This document shows positions 6,637 to 13,545 of a stretch of DNA of 39,493 nt, piece by piece. Numbering within the stretch: the stretch's first letter is position 1; every line of letters begins with the position of its first letter. A program made the translations under genes and the position numbers. The notes beneath the pieces are model-generated. The model was not told the DNA's origin. It was given only the letters and a program-made list of their open reading frames with translations, and ran no database searches. Origin of the DNA: a virus. Where the stretch lies: positions 1-39,493 of the IMG/VR virus record IMGVR_UViG_3300045988_085990. The stretch is one strand, 5' to 3'.

Positions 6637-6660
6637 TTTGTATATATGTGTGACAATTAC
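6637..6660 (-). promoter_or_regulatory. Putative phage-RNAP promoter variant overlapping the terminase stop codon
   Basis: Minus strand reads GTAATTGTCACACATATATACAAA. The TAA of TAATTG (6657-6659) is the stop codon of the terminase large subunit. Confidence 0.6.
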
Positions 6661-7277
6661 CATTTCTTCTTCATAATGTTCCTATTACTACCTACATCTT
6701 CTTCTACTCCATACATCATAGAGAACAGCCCTCTATCTTCATCCAGAGCTGTCTCCAGAAACTCTTCTAACTGCTCATCCAGTCCAGTCTGGTAATCTCT
6801 ATCCATGACATCTAACCAGTAAGACACAGCCATAGTCAGGGCATCTAAGCGGTCATCGTGTGCCAAGGAACCCCTATCTCTACTTAGACGGGTCATCTGG
6901 TAAATCAGCGAATATTTCTGTCCCTTTTCCTCGTACACGCTGTAGTCATCTCGAATAACTGTTTCAGCCATGATAATCTTGTGTCTCATCATAACAGGCT
7001 CTAAGGTGTCTATAATACGAGCTTCCTTCTGTACTGTGTTCTTCACTTCCTGAACCGCACAGGGATAAATACTCGTTAGGATAGGCTTGAACAGCTGGGT
7101 GAACATACCGTCACCAAAGTTTGCTTCTACTACAATCTCATTAACTCCATGGATTTTAGCCTTGTTAGCCAGCTGTGTCAACACGGAATCTGAGTAACCG
7201 TCCTGAAAGCCCCCCACTTCTACTACAAAAAGATACCCATTCAGGTACTTCACGATAGCGTAGGCCGTTTCGTCCTT
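6657..7277 (-). CDS. Terminase large subunit, exon 2 (206 aa plus stop)
   Basis: It continues the T7 gp19 alignment exactly after DPSGRG: KDETAYA, GGFQDGYSD, NFGDGMF, YSLIYQMTR, ALAHDDRLDAL. There is no ATG or SD of its own. Confidence 0.9.
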   Translation of the reverse strand, partial: KDETAYAIVKYLNGYLFVVEVGGFQDGYSDSVLTQLANKAKIHGVNEIVVEANFGDGMFTQLFKPILTSIYPCAVQEVKNTVQKEARIIDTLEPVMMRHKIIMAETVIRDDYSVYEEKGQKYSLIYQMTRLSRDRGSLAHDDRLDALTMAVSYWLDVMDRDYQTGLDEQLEEFLETALDEDRGLFSMMYGVEEDVGSNRNIMKKKW

Positions 7278-8087
7278 CAATCAGCCTATTCGTTCTGCTT
7301 TCCAACCCTTTGAGTGATGTCGTTTTCCTTTAGCCACTAGACGTAAATTTTGGGGTGAAAGATTATGCTCTCTGCAAAAAACAGCAAAAGAAAAAGGCTC
7401 ATATATCGTACCATCAGGTGCAATGAGTCTGAATTTTTCACCCTGTCCATAATTATGAGGAACATTACCTTTTTGAAAAGTAGTAGGATGACAGTCACCA
7501 CATACTGTCCCTGACTTGCGTTTTGGTAAATATTTACCACAAATAGGACAACGAACTGTTTTTCTGTTTCCACCTGCCATTGAGTTCCACCCCATATTCA
7601 TTTTAGGGCGTAGATTATATTCCATTGCTAATGCTTCTTCTTTTGGTAACATAGCAATTAAATCAATTTGAATATTATCCTTACCCAGTTGTCTTAGAAT
7701 TGTGCCAACAGGTCTCTTACTACACATATGCTGACTAAGACGATAGGAAAGACTACGGCGAGTAATACCCACATAACCTTCCTGTATATTTCTGTTTCCT
7801 ACTTCATGAATATGGTACACTTTATATAATCTTGTTTTTTCTCTAAACAATAATATCACTCTCTTTTCTTTTTAGTGTTACGGTACTTCGTTAGGGTACC
7901 TCACTATATTGCTATAGTGTTCAGACTATATCTTCTATCAAAAGATAGTGCGCTGTTTCCACCGAACCATTGCGGTGTACTAATAGTCGTTGAACGTTTC
8001 CTATAAAAGGACTTCGCTGCTGATTGTCTTAGAAAGAGTTCCCAGCAATTAAACGCATTTTTTAACGTAGGAGCAAGGACGTATTTT
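7278..8087 (-). mobile_element. Group I intron (810 nt) in the terminase large subunit gene, carrying a GIY-YIG homing endonuclease ORF
   Basis: The 5' exon end AGGGGU pairs with intron GCUCCU (8069-8074), with a U.G pair at the splice site. The adjacent intron GUCCUU (8075-8080) is a perfect complement of the first 6 nt of exon 2 (AAGGAC), giving P10. The intron ends in G. The region 7860-8060 has several hairpins, including a GCAA tetraloop. Confidence 0.8.
7281..7859 (-). CDS. GIY-YIG homing endonuclease (intron-encoded, about 192 aa; start uncertain, GTG or TTG)
   Basis: It has YKVYHIH...GYVGIT...R..H...E.N (the GIY-YIG module), a Cys4 zinc finger (CPICG...CGDC), NUMOD3-like FQKGNVPHN and a C-terminal HTH-like segment ending KGW. 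Confidence 0.85.
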   Translation of the reverse strand: MILLFREKTRLYKVYHIHEVGNRNIQEGYVGITRRSLSYRLSQHMCSKRPVGTILRQLGKDNIQIDLIAMLPKEEALAMEYNLRPKMNMGWNSMAGGNRKTVRCPICGKYLPKRKSGTVCGDCHPTTFQKGNVPHNYGQGEKFRLIAPDGTIYEPFSFAVFCREHNLSPQNLRLVAKGKRHHSKGWKAERIG

Positions 8088-9185
8088 ACCCCTACCCGAT
8101 GGGTCTATAGCCATAACACACCCTGTATACTTAGCTGTCTCCTTGCTTCTACTATGCTCACGGTAGAAAAAGTCACCCTTAATGGCGACACAGGGAAGGT
8201 CGTTCAGGCGATACTCATAACCACTTGACCAAGACCACTTCAAAGAAGTTTCATCCATATCCACATTAGACACTATCAAGTCCTGTGTCTTCAGGGGGTA
8301 TTTTTCGTAGTCAGACAAGTTAGTATTCAGTTTGAACTGCAAAGAAAACCCTGCTTTACCATAGGAGAGCCTACGTTCCTCGATTTCTTCTTCAGGGAAT
8401 CTGCGAGGGTCAGTCGGCTTTCCTGCGTACAGCGTGGGGTTTTTGTCGTAAGGGATAGCAATAAAAGGAGCTAATTTGTCCCCGTAATACTCACGTTCTT
8501 CAGGTGTCTCAGGGTATACCAATGGAAAAATATAGCAGGAATACCCACGATTCTGAAGCTCATTGTACAGCGACATTTCGTTCTGTGGAGTACCGAGGTA
8601 TATAACCTTACTTCTATCCCCCGGCTTGATAATAGCGTCAAATTCCTTTACATCCTCAAACAGCTTGTCTCTCCGTGTCTGTGTGCTGGAGTTGTTGGGT
8701 ATCTCCACGTCATCGGCGATCAATATGTCTGCACGGCTCCCTGTTATCTGACCCGTAATACCAACAGACTTTACAGAGGGGGAAATATCCGCTACGGCTT
8801 CCCCAACATCAAAAAGGTTCTGTGTGTTACGCTGTCCGTCACGAGGTTTTAGATGAGACAAAAAGTCTAGTAAGTAGATTATCTTTCGGATAAACACTGC
8901 GTTTGCATCTGCTCTGTCTTTACTTGCAGAGATAATGAGACACTTCAGTTGAGGGTCATTCCAAAGTGACCACACAACATAAGCACAAGTGATGAAGGAC
9001 TTAGCTACCCCACGGAACCCTTCAATAATGTATCTCTTCTCAGGGCATTTCATAAGAAGAGTTGCGATTGCATACTGTATGTCTGTTGGTTCAGGAAGAG
9101 CGATTTCATACCAGAGAATAAACAGGAACTTCCTGAAGTCTTTCTTAGCCGCTTCAATTTGCTCTGCTGTCCATTGAACTTGCAC
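8088..9185 (-). CDS. Terminase large subunit, exon 1 (366 aa; GTG start)
   Basis: Strong by-eye match to T7 gp19: FRGVAKSFITCAYVVWSLWNDPQLK, SPSVKSVGITGQITGSRADILIADDVEIP, VIYLGTPQ, YGKAGFSLQF, IDPSGRG. AGGAGG lies about 9 nt upstream of the GTG. Confidence 0.93.
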
Positions 9186-9426
9186 CCTTCACAGCACCTC
9201 CTTCATCTTCATCGTCCAAGAAGTCAGGAAGTTCTTTCGTAACCATAGTCACCAAAGGAGTTGTTGTTTCAGGTGTTGTCTTTAACTCATTGTCTTTCAA
9301 GAACTGTCTGACTTTTGCCAAGAACTGAGGGCTGTGTCTCAAGTCTTCATCCTGAATACCCTCAATCAAGGCGTTTACCTCTTCTTCTGCCAGAATATCC
9401 AGCAGTTTCGGATTGATTTTACTCAT
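9154..9426 (-). CDS. Terminase small subunit, T7 gp18-like (90 aa from the ATG at 9426)
   Basis: DLRHSPQFLAKVRQFLKDNEL resembles T7 gp18 ERRSPQLYNAINKLLDRHKF. Size and position before the large subunit fit. The upstream extension of the ORF runs through a terminator hairpin. Confidence 0.75.
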   Translation of the reverse strand: MSKINPKLLDILAEEEVNALIEGIQDEDLRHSPQFLAKVRQFLKDNELKTTPETTTPLVTMVTKELPDFLDDEDEGGAVKGASSMDSRAN

Positions 9427-9452
9427 ACTACCATCATCCTTTCTCGAATTAC

Positions 9453-9494
9453 GAAAAATAAAACTCCCCATAGGTAAATACACCTACAGGGAGT
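9453..9494 (-). terminator. Strong intrinsic terminator between the lysis-region genes and the terminase genes
   Basis: RNA sense reads ACTCCCTGTAGGT-GTATTT-ACCTATGGGGAGT, a 13-bp stem with two G.U pairs, followed by TTTTATTTTT. Confidence 0.75.
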
Positions 9495-9523
9495 CATACA
9501 CAAAAAATCACGGAAACGGTCTG

Positions 9524-9706
9524 CTACTTTTTCAATTTTTCACGATTCTGTAAGTATCTTTTCTCAGACATGCCATATCTATAAGGATATAAGGCACATC
9601 TTTTAAGTGTACATTTATCTACTTCTTTTATTGAACCAGCACAGCAATCGAGACATTTTTCACGTATAGCTTTCCATAAAGCATCCTTTCTATTTATATC
9701 TTCCAT
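9524..9706 (-). CDS. Small Cys-rich protein (60 aa), possible zinc-ribbon
   Basis: CLDCC...C....C pattern. The start is tightly coupled to the upstream stop (TAATATG). Confidence 0.65.
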   Translation of the reverse strand: MEDINRKDALWKAIREKCLDCCAGSIKEVDKCTLKRCALYPYRYGMSEKRYLQNREKLKK

Positions 9707-9707
9707 A

Positions 9708-10094
9708 TTATCGTGTACACCCCCAAATCAGCAAGCCACCTGCAACGACCCAAGCCAAATCACGCTGTCTTTCCATCCTCTTCACCGACTTATTCAGTGA
9801 GTCCGTTTGCTTCTGCAATTCTGTTAAGTTCTGCTTGTAGTCGGTCAAGTACACTTGTGCTTTCGTCAGCTCTTTCTGAGATTCTGTTAGCTGTGTCTTG
9901 AGCTTCTGAGAGTCCTGTTTCTGCGCTGTTGACTGCTTCTGTAGCTCTGTCACCATCTGTCGTAAGCTGTTGAATTGTTCGATTGACATTTCTACTTTCT
10001 GTGCATGAACTGTAGAAGTAGACACAGAGGGAAAGACACAAAAGCACACCAAGAGCGAAAGACACAAGCAGAGCTTTTTTATTCTGTTGGTCAT
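9708..10094 (-). CDS. Secreted/anchored coiled-coil protein (128 aa): N-terminal signal peptide plus C-terminal TM; unimolecular-spanin-like architecture
   Basis: It has an N-terminal hydrophobic segment with a VHA|Q cleavage-type site, a Q/K/E-rich heptad region and the C-terminal hydrophobic segment LAWVVAGGLLIWGC. It has an ATGA overlap with the upstream gene and a GGAGGGG SD. It sits in the lysis neighbourhood. Confidence 0.65.
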   Translation of the reverse strand: MTNRIKKLCLCLSLLVCFCVFPSVSTSTVHAQKVEMSIEQFNSLRQMVTELQKQSTAQKQDSQKLKTQLTESQKELTKAQVYLTDYKQNLTELQKQTDSLNKSVKRMERQRDLAWVVAGGLLIWGCTR

Positions 10095-10285
10095 TTAACA
10101 TCTTCCCCTCCATCTTTTAAGTCTTCTTCAAGTGCCTCCGCATATGCTTTCAGCACATCAAAATCAATAAATTTGTCTAAAACTTCCACATCTGCTACAG
10201 CCAAATGTGCCATATAATGTAGCAAGGCGTCATCATCCATCTCATTAATCTTTTTACATATTTCTTTGCGAATATTATCAAACAT
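10091..10285 (-). CDS. Small acidic hypothetical protein (64 aa)
   Basis: ORF tightly packed between the endolysin and the next gene. No motif recognised. Confidence 0.55.
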   Translation of the reverse strand: MFDNIRKEICKKINEMDDDALLHYMAHLAVADVEVLDKFIDFDVLKAYAEALEEDLKDGGEDVK

Positions 10286-10287
10286 AT

Positions 10288-10884
10288 CTAATTCAGCTCC
10301 TCATACCATTCGTTCATATCCACATTTGTGCCCCCGATATACTCACTATCGCTCCACTGCCAGCCTGCTACACGTTTATCGGGGTAAGTCTGAGCAAACC
10401 CGTTGTACCCACGGTAATCTGCAATCCAATATGGTACATAATCAGCCAGCAAGTGAGGCCGAATAGAGTTTGTCATATAATCTGTACATTTCAGCGAGGA
10501 AGTGTAAATACCTGCACTGTATCCTGCTTCATTACAAGTGACAATAAAAGCGGAGCAAAGGGCTGTGGTGTCTACCCCTTCTGCAAAACATTTATCAGCT
10601 TCGCAGTCGTACCAAATGCCCATAGGCGGCACATCATCACCGAGCAAGTCCAAGACCGTCTGTGCTTCTTCCCTGGCTCTTTCGGGTGTCTGTGCATGAG
10701 AGAAACAATAGACACCCCAAGGGATACCCCTAGCTTTACATTCTTCTGCGTGTCTTACCCATGTGTCTTCTTCGGAACACCCTTCGGAAATTTTGATGAT
10801 AACACCTTGAACCCCTGCGGCTACTATGGCATCATAATCAATATTGTGCTGATAATAGGAAACGTCAATTACTTTACTGGTCAT
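10288..10884 (-). CDS. Endolysin, GH25 muramidase, single domain (198 aa)
   Basis: The N-terminal VIDVSYYQ...IDYD......GVQGVIIKISEG pattern is typical of GH25. It overlaps the holin stop. No cell-wall-binding domain is evident. Confidence 0.85.
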   Translation of the reverse strand: MTSKVIDVSYYQHNIDYDAIVAAGVQGVIIKISEGCSEEDTWVRHAEECKARGIPWGVYCFSHAQTPERAREEAQTVLDLLGDDVPPMGIWYDCEADKCFAEGVDTTALCSAFIVTCNEAGYSAGIYTSSLKCTDYMTNSIRPHLLADYVPYWIADYRGYNGFAQTYPDKRVAGWQWSDSEYIGGTNVDMNEWYEELN

Positions 10885-11344
10885 CTAATTTGTCCACCTT
10901 CTTCTCTTTTGCAATCTGAGCAAGCGCACCTCTGATAAAACTAGGGATGTACTGCCCATATCCAACACGATCAATGTTTTCAACAATACTAAGGGCCTCT
11001 ACCACTGCAAAGGCTCCAATGAATAACGTCCGTACCATGTGAGTGTTCATTGCTGAATCAAGCAAGACACCCAGACCAATGATAAGGAACATAGTGGCCT
11101 TTTTGTACAGGCCGCGTGTAGCAATCGAACTTGCAAAGGTATGAAGTTTGAAGGAAGCCCAAAGGCCCGTGAGAATATCACAGGCTACAAGGGCTACCAG
11201 GGCATTAATCTGCTCATCCACGCCACCTACAAGCTGATTGAAACACAACCAAGCAATAGAAAAAAGACAGCCAATCTTTACCTCTGTGGCTGTCCATAAG
11301 TTCCATAGTGTGTTAATCATTTTGTGTAGTGTACCTCGTTTCAT
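10874..11344 (-). CDS. Holin, LL-H/TcdE-type (phage_holin_4-like), 156 aa
   Basis: It has multiple TM segments, D.LTG, S...G..KK, and the ALSIVENIDRVG..IP motif. It lies immediately upstream of the endolysin. Confidence 0.8.
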   Translation of the reverse strand: MKRGTLHKMINTLWNLWTATEVKIGCLFSIAWLCFNQLVGGVDEQINALVALVACDILTGLWASFKLHTFASSIATRGLYKKATMFLIIGLGVLLDSAMNTHMVRTLFIGAFAVVEALSIVENIDRVGYGQYIPSFIRGALAQIAKEKKVDKLDDQ

Positions 11345-11358
11345 TTTTCATCTTCCTT

Positions 11359-11520
11359 TTAGTCAGTCTTCTTCCCTACACAGTTCCCATTGTCATCAAT
11401 CATCCAGCCCATACCATCAAGCACCTTATCAATATCGTCTTTGTACTTCGGGAACCTTGCTATAATGTTGTTATACATCAGTTTATGTAAGATAATCTGA
11501 TACGCCAAATATTTAGCCAT
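11359..11520 (-). CDS. Small hypothetical protein (53 aa), below the ORF-track cutoff
   Basis: Hand translation gives MAKYLAYQIILHKLMYNNIIARFPKYKDDIDKVLDGMGWMIDDNGNCVGKKTD. It has an ATGGCTAA overlap with the upstream stop and fills an otherwise empty 168-nt gap. Confidence 0.55.
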   Translation of the reverse strand: MAKYLAYQIILHKLMYNNIIARFPKYKDDIDKVLDGMGWMIDDNGNCVGKKTD

Positions 11521-11860
11521 TTGTAGTAGTCACCCCTTCCATTAAGGTATTCACAGCATCCTCAAGAACTGCAATACGTTCAGATAAAGAAGGTGTCTGT
11601 GTTGTGCTTTCTGGAACCTGTGATATTTCTGTAATTTCAGATTCTTTCGGTTTTTCAACTTCTTTAAGAATCCACTGCGCACCATCCCAGATACATTTGT
11701 GGTCTTCTGGAATTTCAGGGGGCGTTATTTCTACCATGTTGCAAGGAATCTGCCAAGCACCACTGATAGGACTACGGTCTGTAACATCAAGTGTCTTAGG
11801 GCCTTTATACTCCCCTGTTAAGAGGTCAAAGGTATATACTACTTTTGTGTCTTCCATCAT
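11513..11860 (-). CDS. Hypothetical protein after the tail fiber (115 aa), possible fiber assembly or accessory protein
   Basis: Assignment rests on position directly after the fiber gene. The W.DG.W-type segment (IWDGAQWILKE) is reminiscent of tail-fiber assembly proteins. This is weak evidence. Confidence 0.6.
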   Translation of the reverse strand: MMEDTKVVYTFDLLTGEYKGPKTLDVTDRSPISGAWQIPCNMVEITPPEIPEDHKCIWDGAQWILKEVEKPKESEITEISQVPESTTQTPSLSERIAVLEDAVNTLMEGVTTTNG

Positions 11861-11874
11861 GTATTCACTCTCCT

Positions 11875-13545
11875 TTAGTATTTAATTTGTGCAATCAGAC
11901 AACATGCAGGGGGCTGTACGGTATCAGAGTTACCATAGATACTAGAAGAACGTGAAGCATCGAATGTAAACCCATTACCACGGTTAACATGTTGCTCATC
12001 CATACCTAGATGTGAGAACCCTGTAGTGTAATCAGAGAACGCACCACTAGCGGAAGTACCAGCGCCCCAGCCATATGCAGTATCCCCAGGAACTACTGCA
12101 CCTGTAATATTTGGTAATCCTGCACTCTTTGTGCTTAGTTCATCCCCTCCCTGTAAGACTCTCCCCATTGCATTAGGAACCTTTAAAGTATCTGCACTTG
12201 CATCATAAACGTACTTTGTAGCACTATTGGCGCTCCATTCACTATCAGACACACAAAGATTGTTGTCCTGAGCAAATTTAAGTAAGCGAGGATATTCACT
12301 AGCTTTTACTGTTGCTCCATTCGCCTTGATGTATCCATCATTCAGTGTAGGCTTAAGAACAATGTCACCCACACGGTTGCCATCCCTTACATCATCAATG
12401 ATAAATATAGCTGTTCCGTCTGTAATATATTGGCCTGCAAGCTGTGTAGTACCTAAGGCAGGTGGTACAGAGGTAGCTGTTGTGCCTGCTTTAACACATT
12501 CTAATCTTCCCCATGAAGGTAAGTAAGAGGAATATGCAATATCACCTATGGAGTACGCTTTATTCCTCTTCAACATATTGAAGTCCATAGCGTTCTCAGT
12601 GGCTACCCTTGCGCTTTCAGCGGCGTTCTGCTCAGACACACGAGCGGCATTTTCAGAATCCTTAGATTTTGTTTCCGAGGACTTAGCATTGGTTTCAGAA
12701 GTCTTTGCATTAGCTTCCGATGTAGCCGCTTTTGTTTCCGAGGATTTAGCATTGGTTTCAGAAGTCTTTGCGTGTGTCTCAGAACTCTTAGCGTTCGTTG
12801 CGGACGTTGCCGCTTCCTGCGCCTTCGTTTTGCTATACAAAGCCCACTCTTTAGCACTCTGTGTCTTCCCTGTGGTACTATCCGTATCCGCTTCACCATC
12901 TGGAGAATCCGTAGCTTCTGCCCACTTCTTCGCCTTTTGATGAGAGCTTTCGGAGTTGGTTTCAGAAGTATGAGCATTTGTCTCCGAGGTCTTAGCGGCT
13001 TCCTGAGAAGTCTTTGCGGCGGACGCTTGCTTCGTTGCTTCCTGTACCAAGATTGTATTGGTCGTTACAAAACCGTTCTGTACGCTTTCCATGTAGTGCT
13101 TCGTTACTGCGTCTTGAGGGTCTTTGGGGTCTTTTACGTTAATGACACGAGAACCTAAAGCATTAAAATTAACCCCATCAGGATACCTAGACAAAGAGTT
13201 TAGTATAGGGTAGTCCTGAGCTTCTTCAATAAGGTGTAACTGCTGTAAATTCTCCAGTGTCATCTGAGACGCCTTAATAAAAGCCCCATCTGTCCACTCA
13301 ACAATCCTGTCCGAAGGAGTCTCACGGTATACCCTGATAGCTACTCCCACGGCAGGAGTATCCGTTAGGGTAACGCTACGGTCATCCACAGTATAGTCAG
13401 TAAGGTAAGTGAGGGGAGGAGTATCAGCCCCCACTTGTACCTTCACGAACTGCTTATTGATATAGTCGAACCCAAAGTAAAATCTATTTGTAGAGCCATC
13501 TCCCACAAAGGAAACGCTCGCTTTCAAGTTTTGAATATTCACCAT
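11875..13545 (-). CDS. Tail fiber (556 aa): T7 gp17-like N-terminal adaptor, repetitive coiled-coil shaft, tail-collar-like C-terminal domain
   Basis: The N-terminus (GDGSTNRFYFGFDYINKQFVKV ... VEWTDGAFIKASQM) resembles T7 gp17. The shaft has AKTSETNAKSSETKA-type repeats. The C-terminus (ANGATVKASEYPRLLKF ... LKVPNAMGRVLQGG) resembles a phage tail collar domain. Confidence 0.88.
   Translation of the reverse strand: MVNIQNLKASVSFVGDGSTNRFYFGFDYINKQFVKVQVGADTPPLTYLTDYTVDDRSVTLTDTPAVGVAIRVYRETPSDRIVEWTDGAFIKASQMTLENLQQLHLIEEAQDYPILNSLSRYPDGVNFNALGSRVINVKDPKDPQDAVTKHYMESVQNGFVTTNTILVQEATKQASAAKTSQEAAKTSETNAHTSETNSESSHQKAKKWAEATDSPDGEADTDSTTGKTQSAKEWALYSKTKAQEAATSATNAKSSETHAKTSETNAKSSETKAATSEANAKTSETNAKSSETKSKDSENAARVSEQNAAESARVATENAMDFNMLKRNKAYSIGDIAYSSYLPSWGRLECVKAGTTATSVPPALGTTQLAGQYITDGTAIFIIDDVRDGNRVGDIVLKPTLNDGYIKANGATVKASEYPRLLKFAQDNNLCVSDSEWSANSATKYVYDASADTLKVPNAMGRVLQGGDELSTKSAGLPNITGAVVPGDTAYGWGAGTSASGAFSDYTTGFSHLGMDEQHVNRGNGFTFDASRSSSIYGNSDTVQPPACCLIAQIKY

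Noticed and set aside
7337-7573. A 78-aa ORF nested in the GIY-YIG gene, and several ORFs nested in the DNA polymerase (31251-31613, 31441-31818, 32068-32292).
   Set aside because: They are overlapping alternative frames inside well-supported genes, with no independent signals.
9790-10113. An alternative 107-aa frame overlapping the spanin-like gene, considered as the real gene or as an embedded Rz1-like partner.
   Set aside because: It has a poor SD, a 23-nt overlap with the upstream gene and no coupling to the downstream gene. The hydrophobic N-terminus is an automatic by-product of the T-rich codons of the other frame. I kept it only as a remark in the finding.
12603-12977. A highly basic 124-aa minus-strand ORF, and plus-strand ORFs at 12548-12940 and 12772-13158, within the fiber repeat region.
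   Set aside because: They are alternative frames of the repetitive AKTSETNAK-coding DNA. Repeats keep all frames open. The gp17-like frame is continuous with the conserved N- and C-terminal domains.
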